A DNA stretch of 64,000 bases from SAR86 cluster bacterium AG-422-O05 (GTDB lineage: Bacteria > Pseudomonadota > Gammaproteobacteria > Magnimaribacterales > D2472), in NCBI GenBank assembly GCA_003213495.1, contig QCMW01000001.1, positions 710,104 through 774,103 on the forward strand. Direction: 5' to 3'. Under the pieces are notes generated by a model. That model was not told the origin of the DNA. It was given only the letters and a program-made list of their open reading frames with translations, and did not search any database. Each line of letters opens with the position of its first letter. Positions within the stretch are counted from its first letter, which is position 1. Both the position numbers and the translations under genes were made by a program. Shown piece after piece: positions 37,805 through 47,029 of this stretch.

Positions 37805-37834
37805 TAAAAAAACCACCAAAAGGTGGTTTTTTTT
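37805..37834. terminator. Bidirectional rho-independent terminator between convergent genes
   Basis: aaaaaaAACCACCaaaaGGTGGTTtttttt: 7-bp stem, 4-nt loop, with an A-tract and a T-tract on either side. Confidence 0.8.
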
Positions 37835-37850
37835 AAGGCTTAACTAGGTC

Positions 37851-38057
37851 TTATCTTACAAGGTCATTACCATTAAAATCTTTAAATGATCCAGTAAGAA
37901 TCATAATAAAATCAATTAATGTGCCAATACCAAAAAGGCCAAGGGTGAATAGCCATAGAATACCTGTTCCAGCTTTACCTACATAAAACCTGTGTGCCCC
38001 AAGGCCTCCAAGAAATAAACAAAGCAATAAAGCTGTAATAAATGATTTTTCCGCCAT
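37851..38057 (-). CDS. TM2 domain-containing small membrane protein
   Basis: 68 aa. G(A)HRFY.GK.GTGI(L)....T.G..GI....D.I.I is the TM2 signature. Confidence 0.75.
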   Translation of the reverse strand: MAEKSFITALLLCLFLGGLGAHRFYVGKAGTGILWLFTLGLFGIGTLIDFIMILTGSFKDFNGNDLVR

Positions 38058-38159
38058 AATATCCTCCTATATAGATTTATATTATACATATATTTATATT
38101 CAAATTTAAATTTGTAAATATATTTTTTGTTTATAATTTTTAGATCAAATAAAAGTTTA

Positions 38160-38582
38160 TTATGATAAAAGTTCTTTTTTCTTCTTTTTAAACTCTTGTT
38201 CTGTAATTATTCCTTCATCTCTAAGTGAAGATAACTCTCTTAACTCAGATGCAACGTTAACATTAAAGTTTTGATCAACTCTATTGGATTTATTAGTGCT
38301 TACGGGTGTAGGATTTATCAAAGGTGTATTATTATACGGGATTTGTCTTCCTTCTTTATCCCTAAAAGATGCAGTAGCAATTAAAATTAAATCAATAAAC
38401 CACCAAATTCCAAGGCCACCAAAGGTAAAAATCATTAGAATGCCAGTTCCAATCTTGCGGACATAAAATCTATGTACTCCCCAAAAACCAAGAAAAATAA
38501 CTAATATAAAACATACTATCCAATCATTTGGACTTGTATTGATTGCATCAATTTGTTTTGGGCTTAAGTTAGTTTCTGACAT
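38160..38582 (-). CDS. TM2 domain protein with a C-terminal SHOCT-like domain
   Basis: GVHRFYVRKIGTGILMIFTFGGLGIWWFIDLILI (TM2) plus the C-terminal LRELSSLRDEGIITEQEFKKKKKELL (SHOCT pattern). Confidence 0.75.
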   Translation of the reverse strand: MSETNLSPKQIDAINTSPNDWIVCFILVIFLGFWGVHRFYVRKIGTGILMIFTFGGLGIWWFIDLILIATASFRDKEGRQIPYNNTPLINPTPVSTNKSNRVDQNFNVNVASELRELSSLRDEGIITEQEFKKKKKELLS

Positions 38583-38620
38583 AATTTGATTATATATCTC
38601 ATTTGAAAATTAATAAATCT

Positions 38621-39028
38621 ATGAATTCAAAAAAGATTACTTCTTTACTAAAAAAAGTTAAAACAATTGCGATTGTAGGAGCAAGCACAAACCCACAAAG
38701 AGATAGCTATAAAGTTATGGAATTTCTTATTTGTTATGGATATAAAGTTTTTCCAGTTAATCCTAATGAATCTAATAATATGATATTAAACCAAAAGTGC
38801 TATCCAAATTTGCATGATATTAAAGAAAAGATTGATATGGTTGATGTTTTTAGGTCAAGTAAATACGTTTTTAACATAGCAAAAGAAGCTGTATCTATAA
38901 ATGCAGATATTCTTTGGATGCAAGAAGGTGTAGTTAATGAAGATGCAGCAGATTTTGCAAAAAAAGAAGGCCTTATTGTTATAATGAATGAGTGTCCAAA
39001 AAAAATTCTAGAAAAAAGTTTTAAATGA
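38621..39028 (+). CDS. CoA-binding domain protein (YccU-like)
   Basis: I(A)(I)VGAS.NP.R.SY.V...L...GY.V.PVNP. The ATG at 38621 is preferred over the TTG at 38603. Confidence 0.7.
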   Translation: MNSKKITSLLKKVKTIAIVGASTNPQRDSYKVMEFLICYGYKVFPVNPNESNNMILNQKCYPNLHDIKEKIDMVDVFRSSKYVFNIAKEAVSINADILWMQEGVVNEDAADFAKKEGLIVIMNECPKKILEKSFK

Positions 39029-39834
39029 AAAATATATCTTCGAGTATCTTAATCAAAGAAGTACACCCTAATGGGGTTATAAAGCTTATTTTAAATGACT
39101 GTGCTAACAAGAATGCTTTATCTGAAAATATGTTAACGAGCTTAATTGATGCAATTAAAGATATTTCAAATCAACAAGATGTAAAAGTGATAATCATTGC
39201 ATCAACAGGGAATGTTTTTAGCTCAGGTCATAATCTTAAAGAAATATCTTCTGCGAGAGATGACAAAGATAACGGAGAATCCTATTTTATAAATTTGTTT
39301 AACTTATGCTCGTCAATGATGCAAATGATAGTGAATTGCCCAAAGCCAGTCATTGCAGAAATTAATGGTATTGCAACAGCGGCAGGCTGTCAGCTTGTTG
39401 CAAGTTGTGATTTAGCGTTAGCTTCTAGTTCATCAAAATTTGCAACACCTGGTGTAAACATTGGTTTGTTTTGCTCTACTCCAATGGTGGCCTTATCAAG
39501 AAACATTAATAAGAAAGATGCTATGAAGATGTTATTAACAGGAGAAATGATTGATGCAACTGAAGCTAAAAGAATATCTCTAATAAATGATCATTTTCAT
39601 GAAGATGAACTATCTAAAGAAGTAATAGAATTAGCTAATAAAATTTCTTCAAAACCAATGATGACTGTCCATAACGGTAAGCATGCTTTTTATAAGCAAT
39701 ATGAAATGAATCTATCTGATGCATATAATTACACTTCAAAAGTAATGGCAAGAAATGCTTTGGGTGAAGATGCGAAAGAGGGGATAGAATCTTTTCTTGA
39801 GAAACGCCCACCAAATTGGAACAGTGAAGAATGA
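39025..39834 (+). CDS. Enoyl-CoA hydratase/isomerase (crotonase) family protein
   Basis: Crotonase fold pattern (N.L...M...L......I......V.VI(I)....G..FS(S)GH.LKE; P(V)IA.ING.A.(A)AG.QL...CDLA(L)A). The start overlaps the upstream stop (ATGA). Confidence 0.8.
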   Translation: MKNISSSILIKEVHPNGVIKLILNDCANKNALSENMLTSLIDAIKDISNQQDVKVIIIASTGNVFSSGHNLKEISSARDDKDNGESYFINLFNLCSSMMQMIVNCPKPVIAEINGIATAAGCQLVASCDLALASSSSKFATPGVNIGLFCSTPMVALSRNINKKDAMKMLLTGEMIDATEAKRISLINDHFHEDELSKEVIELANKISSKPMMTVHNGKHAFYKQYEMNLSDAYNYTSKVMARNALGEDAKEGIESFLEKRPPNWNSEE

Positions 39835-40373
39835 ATGATCCTTTAGACTTAAAGCAGTTTATAAGGACAGTAAATGACTTCCCCATAAAAGGCATAAAAT
39901 TTAGAGACATCACTAGTTTAATAGAGAACCCAATTGCTTTTAGGTTAACTTGTGACGAGTTAACAAAAATTACAAAAAAGTTTGATGGAAATATTATTGC
40001 AAGCATAGAAAGTAGAGGATTTATTTTTGCTGGTACTATTGCAAGAGATTTAGGATTACCTTTTGTGCTTGCTAGAAAACCGGGTAAACTCCCTAATGAG
40101 ACATATAAGAAAAGTTTTGACCTTGAATATGGTAGCACTTCGATAGAAATACAGAAGAATACTCAAATTAAGCCAAATGAGAAAATAGTCATCGTAGATG
40201 ATTTGGTTGCAACTGGCGGCACTGCCATAGCATGTGCAGAATTATTGAGCGAAAATTTTAATGTAAAAAATTCGAATATATTAATCTTGAGCATTATTAA
40301 TCTTGAAGACCTAGGTGGTAGAAAGCTAATACAAGAAAAAGGTTTTTTAATTGAGACGATCGTAGATTATTAA
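39831..40373 (+). CDS. apt: Adenine phosphoribosyltransferase
   Basis: 180 aa. (I)R.(V).DFP..GI.F.DIT.L, ESRGFIF, the EYG pattern and the PRPP motif (I)VDDL(V)ATGGT. The start overlaps the upstream stop (ATGA). Confidence 0.9.
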   Translation: MNDPLDLKQFIRTVNDFPIKGIKFRDITSLIENPIAFRLTCDELTKITKKFDGNIIASIESRGFIFAGTIARDLGLPFVLARKPGKLPNETYKKSFDLEYGSTSIEIQKNTQIKPNEKIVIVDDLVATGGTAIACAELLSENFNVKNSNILILSIINLEDLGGRKLIQEKGFLIETIVDY

Positions 40374-40449
40374 TTTTTTTATCAGTATAGTTTTATTCCA
40401 TACTACTCAAAAATAACTTGAATCAATTTTCTTTGTTATTATTAAAAAC

Positions 40450-41493
40450 ATGATTGATACATTCGGCAGAATTATGCTTGATATTGAAAGCACTTCTCTT
40501 TCAGATGAGGATAAGTTTGTCATTACAAATAAGCATGTTGGAGGAATTATATTTTTTTCAAGGAATTTTGAATCATATGAACAGATTAAGAACTTAATAA
40601 TTGAAATTAAAAACATAAAAGAAAATATTATTTTTGCTGTAGATCATGAAGGAGGTAGAGTCCAAAGATTCAAAAATGAGTTCACTAAAATTCCCTCAAT
40701 GCAGGAAATTTCTCTTTTTGCAAAAAAAAACGGTAATAGTGAAATATTCAAAGAAATCGCATGGCTTTCTGCTAGCGAATTAATATCTGCAGGAATTGAT
40801 ATAAATTTTGCACCTGTTCTTGATCTTGATAAAAATTCTTCATCAATAATTGGGGATAGAGCTTTTTCAAATGAAGCTCAAGAAGTCATTAAAAATGCAT
40901 CTTTTTTTATTGATGGAATGAATGAAGCAGGAATGAGTTCAACAGGTAAGCATTTTCCTGGACATGGCGGAGTTGTTGAAGACAGTCATAAAGAGATGCC
41001 AATTGATAACAGGTCTTTTGATGAGCTAGATTCAGAAAATAATGATTTAGAGCCATTTAGAAGGCTGTCTAAAAAATTGGATGCTGTAATGTGTGCGCAT
41101 ATATTATTCCCTAAGATAGACGAATATATTCCAAGTTTTTCAAATTATTGGTTGAAAGATTTTCTTAGGAATGAATTAAATTATAGGGGGTTAGTTCTAT
41201 CAGATGATTTAACAATGCTTGGTGCCGGCAATGATTCATGTCATGAAAAAGTTGAAAAGTCACTTAAGGCAGGGTGTGACATGGTTTTGATATGTAATGA
41301 CAGAAATAGTGCAAAGCAGGCTATTGATTTTATGGAAAAAAAAGATATTGATAAGTCTACTGAAATAGCAAAATTAAAAAGTAGCTCAAAATGCGAATGG
41401 AGCGATTTAGATTCTAGTTTAAGAGCAAAGGAAATAAAGAGTATCATTAAAGAAATAGGAGATAAACATGAGAAGAATATTAACGGGTCATAA
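40450..41493 (+). CDS. nagZ: Beta-N-acetylhexosaminidase (GH3, NagZ)
   Basis: D(H)EGGRVQRF, KHFPGHG....DSH and (V)(L)SDDL.M are typical of NagZ. Size about 340 aa. Confidence 0.85.
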   Translation: MIDTFGRIMLDIESTSLSDEDKFVITNKHVGGIIFFSRNFESYEQIKNLIIEIKNIKENIIFAVDHEGGRVQRFKNEFTKIPSMQEISLFAKKNGNSEIFKEIAWLSASELISAGIDINFAPVLDLDKNSSSIIGDRAFSNEAQEVIKNASFFIDGMNEAGMSSTGKHFPGHGGVVEDSHKEMPIDNRSFDELDSENNDLEPFRRLSKKLDAVMCAHILFPKIDEYIPSFSNYWLKDFLRNELNYRGLVLSDDLTMLGAGNDSCHEKVEKSLKAGCDMVLICNDRNSAKQAIDFMEKKDIDKSTEIAKLKSSSKCEWSDLDSSLRAKEIKSIIKEIGDKHEKNINGS

Positions 41494-41989
41494 CAGTGAA
41501 GGAAAATCAGTGATAACCTTAGATGGCCCTCCAGCAAGGTCTATCGGTGAAGATGTCGGAGGTCTTTTTGAGTTATGGAATACAGATGGATTCGAAATAA
41601 TATCAACTGATGATATAGATAGGGCAGATAATGAAGTTATTTTGTCACCTCCAAAAAATGGAACAAAGTTTAGATATTTTCAAATAAATCCTTTACCTGA
41701 AGGTGTTCCTGAGGAAATGCTTCAAGAAATTGCTGCAGATGCTTTTGAAAAAGTTGGTGCTGGACATCATCGCATTGATACTTCTAAGCATCCTGCAATG
41801 CATAAAACAGAGACCATTGATTACATTATTCTATTAAAAGGTGATGTAACATTAATTCTTGACGAAGAAGAAGTTAATTTAAAGCCATTTGATGTAGTTA
41901 TTCAAAGGGGAACAAATCATGCTTGGGTTAATAATGGAACGGAACCAGCTCTTTTAGTAGCAGTATTAATAGATAGCAATATAAAGTAG
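41468..41989 (+). CDS. Cupin domain protein
   Basis: 173 aa. The C-terminal beta-barrel pattern (D(Y)I..L.G.V.L.LD.......(P)(F)D.V.Q.GT.HAW.N) resembles a cupin. Overlaps the nagZ 3' end by 26 nt. Confidence 0.55.
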   Translation: MRRILTGHNSEGKSVITLDGPPARSIGEDVGGLFELWNTDGFEIISTDDIDRADNEVILSPPKNGTKFRYFQINPLPEGVPEEMLQEIAADAFEKVGAGHHRIDTSKHPAMHKTETIDYIILLKGDVTLILDEEEVNLKPFDVVIQRGTNHAWVNNGTEPALLVAVLIDSNIK

Positions 41990-41993
41990 CTTT

Positions 41994-43802
41994 TTAAAAG
42001 CCAGCTTGACCTTCTTGAATGACATTATAAAAGTCTTCATTTAAGAGCGTGTAAGTTTTGTCTCCTGGTTTTTTAACAAAAATCTGATCCCCATCAACTC
42101 TATCAAGATGATATGCCTCTTCTCTCAAATCATTCTTTTTTAATTTAAATGTTCCTGTTGTTTCAAGCTCTTCAATAATTCTTACAAATACCGGCTGCGC
42201 ATAGCTTGGCAGCTTTTCAGAGACAAATTCAGAGAATTTATCCCATTGGAAATTATTAAGATTGCAGTTGAAAGCGACCATTCCAGCTCTACCTTCACTC
42301 TGTGGTACTTTTACTCCAAAGACGTTAGCCATATTCACTTGATCGAAAGCATTAAGTATTTCTGCAACTTCATTTGTAGATACATTTTCAGATTTCCACC
42401 TGAAAGTATCTCCAACCCTATCAACAAACTGATAGTGTTGTCTTCCCAGCGCAAAACCAACATCCATAGTTTTCAAAAGGTCTCCTGTGTCAAACCAACG
42501 ATCTCCTTCTTCAACAACATCTCTTAATATCTTCTTCTCACTTGCTTGAGCATCTGTATAACCGTTATATATTGCATTAGGCCCAATTTTCATTAAAGCT
42601 AGTCCAGGTGAGTGATCTGTTATCTCAATATATTTACCATCCTCATCAACTTTTAATTTATCCTCTCCTACGTCATATGCAAATAGTTTAATATCGACAT
42701 TTGTCATTCCTATTGTCCGATCTTTATTTAAAAGATTCATAAACATACCATTTGCTTCACTAGCTCCGTATATTTCACAGATTCTCTCAACTTTGAATCT
42801 ATTTCTGAAGGTGTCCCAAAGGTCAGGTCTAAGACCATTACCGACCATTTTTGAAATAGGATTATTTTTTTCATCATCGCATGGATCTTGAAAGCTCAGA
42901 TATCTACATAATTCACCAACATACACAAATGCAGTTGTATTAAATTTTTGAACTTCACCCCAAAAAGAGGACGCAGAAAACTTTCTTTTAATAAATGTAG
43001 ATGCACCTACCTGAATACATGCGCATAGACCTAAAATAAGTCCAGTTGAGTGATATAAAGGTAAACAATTATACATACAGTCATCACTTGTTAATCTGTA
43101 TCCTGCCTTAGTAATGTTAGTTGAGCCTGCAACAATCTTTACATTAGGAAATAAAGCTGCCTTTGGTACACCAGTTGTGCCAGAAGTAAATATATAAAAT
43201 GCAGTATCGCCAGCTACCACCTTATCTGTTTCATCAAGATTTAAGAGGCATGTTTCATCAAGATTTTCTTTAATATTTGATGCCCACTCTGGACAATTAT
43301 TTGATGCACCGTCATCAACCCATAACAAATCAGAAGATTTAGTAATATTGATTTCTGAAAGCACACCTTCCAAAGAGCCAGACAACTCATCACCAAAAAT
43401 GCATTTTTTGGAATCGGATGTATTTATGCAGTGAACAAGAGGCTTTCCAGTAAGACTTGTATTAATTAAAACTCCAATTGCTCCTAATTTATTAATTGCT
43501 AAAAGGGAGATAACGAAATCTGGTCTATTTTCCATAAAAAGAACAACTCTATCGCCATGCTCTATACCTTCATTTGATAGTTTATTTGCAAGTATATTTG
43601 CAGCCTCATTTGTTTGTTTGTATGTCCAAACCTCATCTTTAAAATATAAAAATTCTTTCTCAGCAAATTTTTGAACAGTTTCTTGAAAGGAGTGGGCAAG
43701 AGAAGCATTATCTTCAAGATCGGGCCATTTATATCTCATCAAAGGAATTATGTATTTGAGCTCACCTATTACTCTGAAGAATTCTCTAATTTTTTTTAAC
43801 AT
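41994..43802 (-). CDS. Long/very-long-chain acyl-CoA synthetase (FATP/FadD-like adenylate-forming enzyme)
   Basis: AMP-binding motif (Y)IFTSGTTG.PKAA. Later (F)DTGD(L) and GDTFRWK(S)ENVST.EV are typical of the FATP subfamily. Confidence 0.85.
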   Translation of the reverse strand: MLKKIREFFRVIGELKYIIPLMRYKWPDLEDNASLAHSFQETVQKFAEKEFLYFKDEVWTYKQTNEAANILANKLSNEGIEHGDRVVLFMENRPDFVISLLAINKLGAIGVLINTSLTGKPLVHCINTSDSKKCIFGDELSGSLEGVLSEINITKSSDLLWVDDGASNNCPEWASNIKENLDETCLLNLDETDKVVAGDTAFYIFTSGTTGVPKAALFPNVKIVAGSTNITKAGYRLTSDDCMYNCLPLYHSTGLILGLCACIQVGASTFIKRKFSASSFWGEVQKFNTTAFVYVGELCRYLSFQDPCDDEKNNPISKMVGNGLRPDLWDTFRNRFKVERICEIYGASEANGMFMNLLNKDRTIGMTNVDIKLFAYDVGEDKLKVDEDGKYIEITDHSPGLALMKIGPNAIYNGYTDAQASEKKILRDVVEEGDRWFDTGDLLKTMDVGFALGRQHYQFVDRVGDTFRWKSENVSTNEVAEILNAFDQVNMANVFGVKVPQSEGRAGMVAFNCNLNNFQWDKFSEFVSEKLPSYAQPVFVRIIEELETTGTFKLKKNDLREEAYHLDRVDGDQIFVKKPGDKTYTLLNEDFYNVIQEGQAGF

Positions 43803-43860
43803 TTAATTAATATATATATTTTTAATATTATAATGCCTAATCATTTATGTAGGAATTAAT

Positions 43861-45027
43861 ATGAGTAACTTAAATAAATATGATTTTGTAATTTATGGAG
43901 CCACAGGTTTCACTGGAAAATTAGTTGTTGAGTATGCAATAAATCAATACATCAATAATAATGAGATCTCATGGGCCATCGCTGGAAGAAATAATGAAAA
44001 GTTAGAACATGTTCAAAAAAAATACAATCTTCCTTCCAACATTGAAAAAATTATAGTGGATAGTAATGACCAAAATTCTATAGATGAAATGGTTAGTCAA
44101 ACAAAATGTGTTTTAACAACAGTTGGTCCATATCAATTGTATGGTGAAAAAATTATAAAAACATGCATCTCTACTGGTACAGATTACGTAGATTTATGTG
44201 GTGAACCTGGCTTCATGCATAAAATTATTTCTGAATGTTCTGCAGAGGCAAAAGAAACAGGTGCAAGAATAGTTTTTTCTTGTGGGTTTGACAGTATTCC
44301 TTTTGACCTTGGAGTTTTATTTGTTCAAGAAGAAGTAATGTCTAAGCTAAATAAATATGCACCATCTGTGAGAGGAAGAGTAAGAGACATGAATGGAGAA
44401 TTTTCCGGTGGAACAGCTGCATCAATGAAAGCTACAATGACTGCTCTTCAATCAGATCCTGAACTTATTAATATTCTAGTAAATCCTCATGCATTATGTG
44501 AGGGTATGCAAGGCGTACAGCAGGATGATGATTCAAAGCCAGTATATGACGAAGAACTAGATACTTGGGTAGCTCCATTTTTTATGGCCCCAATCAATAC
44601 AAAAAATATCCATCGTTCTAATAAATTAATGAATCATATTTATGGTGAAAACTTTAAATATAATGAAATGTGGATACAAGGTACTGGAGAAGAGGGCAAG
44701 GCAGCCGCAGAATTTATATCTACTATGAATCCTCTTGGGGATGCACCTGAGCCAGGTGATGGACCCTCAAGAGAGTCCAGAGAAAATGGGAATTATGATG
44801 TACTTTTTTGTGCAGATGTTGATGGTGAAACTATTAAAGCTTCGGTTAGTGGAGACATGGATCCAGGATATGGTTCAACATCAAAAATGATAACTGAAAG
44901 TGCAGTCTGTCTTGTTAAAGATTGTGAAAATCTTGCTGGTGGAATATATACACCTGCTGCATCAATGGGCAAAAAATTAATAAAAAGATTAGAAAGTAGT
45001 GCCGGACTAACTTTTAAATTGGAGTAA
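43861..45027 (+). CDS. Saccharopine dehydrogenase-like NAD(P)-binding oxidoreductase
   Basis: N-terminal Rossmann motif (F)VIYGATGFTG. V..VGPY..YG and C(G)FDS(I)P.D.G are typical of the Sccpdh/trans-acting enoyl reductase family. Confidence 0.7.
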   Translation: MSNLNKYDFVIYGATGFTGKLVVEYAINQYINNNEISWAIAGRNNEKLEHVQKKYNLPSNIEKIIVDSNDQNSIDEMVSQTKCVLTTVGPYQLYGEKIIKTCISTGTDYVDLCGEPGFMHKIISECSAEAKETGARIVFSCGFDSIPFDLGVLFVQEEVMSKLNKYAPSVRGRVRDMNGEFSGGTAASMKATMTALQSDPELINILVNPHALCEGMQGVQQDDDSKPVYDEELDTWVAPFFMAPINTKNIHRSNKLMNHIYGENFKYNEMWIQGTGEEGKAAAEFISTMNPLGDAPEPGDGPSRESRENGNYDVLFCADVDGETIKASVSGDMDPGYGSTSKMITESAVCLVKDCENLAGGIYTPAASMGKKLIKRLESSAGLTFKLE

Positions 45028-45028
45028 T

Positions 45029-45418
45029 TTAGAGTTTACCTTTTTCTCTAAGTTCCGATCTTATTTTTGTAGCACTTATAGAGGATATCTCCTTATCAAA
45101 AGTCTCTTCCTCAAATACATAACCAACTCCTCTTCCATATGTGATGTTAGTTATGTTAGGCACTAGCATTATTTCATAATCTATACCTCTTTTATAACCA
45201 TCTTTAAAAAGATTAGACTCAATGTTTTTGCAAACATCTTCCCAGCAGAATGGATTATCATCTTGACCTTCGCCACCGGATGTACCTTCCACATCTCTAA
45301 CTTGAATAATAACTTGACCAGTCTTTTTGATACATCTTTTAAAAAGTTCTTGATGACCCATATGCCATGGTTGCCATCTGCCTAGCATCTGAACAGTAGG
45401 TTTCTTCCAATCAAACAT
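45029..45418 (-). CDS. Minimal cytidylyltransferase-fold nucleotidyltransferase (archaeal-NMNAT/NadR-N-like)
   Basis: 129 aa. HIGH-type motif GRWQPWHMGH (compare GRFQPFH.GH) and the C-terminal ISATKIR (the ISSTxxR / SGTEIR-type motif). The start overlaps the upstream kinase gene by 8 nt. Confidence 0.6.
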   Translation of the reverse strand: MFDWKKPTVQMLGRWQPWHMGHQELFKRCIKKTGQVIIQVRDVEGTSGGEGQDDNPFCWEDVCKNIESNLFKDGYKRGIDYEIMLVPNITNITYGRGVGYVFEEETFDKEISSISATKIRSELREKGKL

Positions 45419-45821
45419 TTATTAGTATCTCATTAGCAATTTTTTCATGATTACGATCATTCATTTCATTTACTTCATAATCAACCTCCATTGGAGATTC
45501 AAACATCCTATTGGTATCTTCATATCTTCCAGATTTTATTGTGTTCATCCAAATAGTAATGTCTGGATTAAAATTTCTTTTTGTTTCATGTGTAGGACAT
45601 ACAAAATCGCATATAACGATTCTTCCATGTTTTTTTTCAAAGTCAGCTAAGCTTTTCATTCTTAAACTTTGTCTTATTCTACCTTCAGGAGAAAAGTCCC
45701 AATCATTCGCCATCTCTCTTACTATGTCTGCGTTATACCAGGCAGCATTAAGTATAGGTTGCATTCGCTTTGCTAGATATGTTTTCCCACTTCCTGGTAA
45801 CCCCATCACTAGTATTTTCAT
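45411..45821 (-). CDS. Minimal P-loop kinase, APS-kinase (CysC)-like
   Basis: 136 aa. Walker A GLPGSGKT. The downstream NADIVRE.(A)NDWDFS.EGR..(Q)..R parallels the APS-kinase (L)DGD.(V)R..L..DLGFS..DR.ENIRR. The ATG overlaps the methyltransferase stop (TAATG). Confidence 0.55.
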   Translation of the reverse strand: MKILVMGLPGSGKTYLAKRMQPILNAAWYNADIVREMANDWDFSPEGRIRQSLRMKSLADFEKKHGRIVICDFVCPTHETKRNFNPDITIWMNTIKSGRYEDTNRMFESPMEVDYEVNEMNDRNHEKIANEILINV

Positions 45822-46924
45822 TATCTTACCTTTGTGATTGCAAAAATTTCATTTTTAAATTCAATGACAGCAGTCTTATCTATCATTCTCTTTACTTTAT
45901 TATATAGCTTTGTATTTTTTTCTAATTGTTGTATATCTTTTTCAGGTATTTGGCCTACATATAATATATTCGCCCACTTGGCATCAGTGTTATGTCCAAA
46001 TAATTCAGTGACTGTTTGATCAGGCGCTTTTTTAAATTGAAAATTATAATTTTTAGGTTTGGAGAAAGTATATATATTATTTTCACCAAAAGGATTATTT
46101 TTCAAAAACTCTATAATGTCCTTGGCTTGATTTGGAAAAGCTTCAATATCTTCAAATCCTACCTTAAGAATTTTTTGAACATTTTCTCCACCCAAAGAGT
46201 GTGTTATTAGGAGCCTACCTGATTTATTAAGAAGTCTCATTAATGGACCTATAACATTACTAACTTTTAATTTGACTGGAGAAGCAGCTCTATATGCTTG
46301 AGAAGCAACTATCAAATCATAATTATTATTTTCATAATCATTGTTAAGAAATTGTTTGAGTTGTCTTTTATTATCTTCCCTATAGATTCTTATAATGCAT
46401 GGATTTGAATATGAAGTTCTCCCTTTATTATCAATTTCAATGCCCCAATTTTTTTTAATAAAGTTTGATATACGATTTCCTGAAATTTGTTGATTAAAGT
46501 CAAAGGAGTTATCACTCTTAAGTATTAAATTAAATTCACATATTTTTTTATTTTTAATTTTTTTTGCGCTCTCAACAAGTCCTAACTCAGAAAACTTTAC
46601 ATTGGTCATTGTAATAAGTAAGTTTGGATGCTCAACAAATCTATCAGGCATTTTTTCTAAGGTATTTTTTAGATCTTCATAGCTAATTTCTTTTCCTGTC
46701 ATTAATAATGATGTGTAGGGATGGTATCTATGAAAACTCTTAATAATATTTGAATTAATTGTTCCATCACCTGTTCCGGCGTCAAGAAGTCTTAAATAGG
46801 ATTTATTTTGTGACAAGTTTGCAATATAAGAATAGATTTCTTTTGATATTGCTTTTTTTTCACCTGTATTTTGAATAAATGATAGATATTTTAGCCTATC
46901 GTCAAAAAATCTTTTTTTCCCCAT
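45821..46924 (-). CDS. Class I SAM-dependent methyltransferase (HNMT/NNMT-like architecture)
   Basis: 367 aa. Motif I is LLDAGTGDGT. Later (Y)DLIVASQA(Y)R and (L)LNKSGRLLI resemble post-motif II/III regions of small-molecule N-methyltransferases. Confidence 0.6.
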   Translation of the reverse strand: MGKKRFFDDRLKYLSFIQNTGEKKAISKEIYSYIANLSQNKSYLRLLDAGTGDGTINSNIIKSFHRYHPYTSLLMTGKEISYEDLKNTLEKMPDRFVEHPNLLITMTNVKFSELGLVESAKKIKNKKICEFNLILKSDNSFDFNQQISGNRISNFIKKNWGIEIDNKGRTSYSNPCIIRIYREDNKRQLKQFLNNDYENNNYDLIVASQAYRAASPVKLKVSNVIGPLMRLLNKSGRLLITHSLGGENVQKILKVGFEDIEAFPNQAKDIIEFLKNNPFGENNIYTFSKPKNYNFQFKKAPDQTVTELFGHNTDAKWANILYVGQIPEKDIQQLEKNTKLYNKVKRMIDKTAVIEFKNEIFAITKVR

Positions 46925-47029
46925 ATAATCTCTAGAAATTGCTTTGTAAATAATAATCTAATTATCAAAATAATGCATTTACTCTTAAGATATTTTGAGA
47001 TTAAAATATCAATAATTTTAGGAGATTAA

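Noticed and set aside
39635-40138. A 167-aa ORF antisense to apt and the crotonase gene. Other long antisense ORFs in the track fall in the same category: 23744-24262, 6112-6549, 45511-45837, 28478-28822, 16549-16872, 26063-26371, 41241-41537 and 42246-42527.
   Set aside because: Each lies fully inside a confidently identified gene on the other strand, has low-complexity Ser/Leu/Ile/Phe/Lys-rich composition and shows no recognisable motif. They are most simply explained as shadow ORFs of the genes on the other strand.
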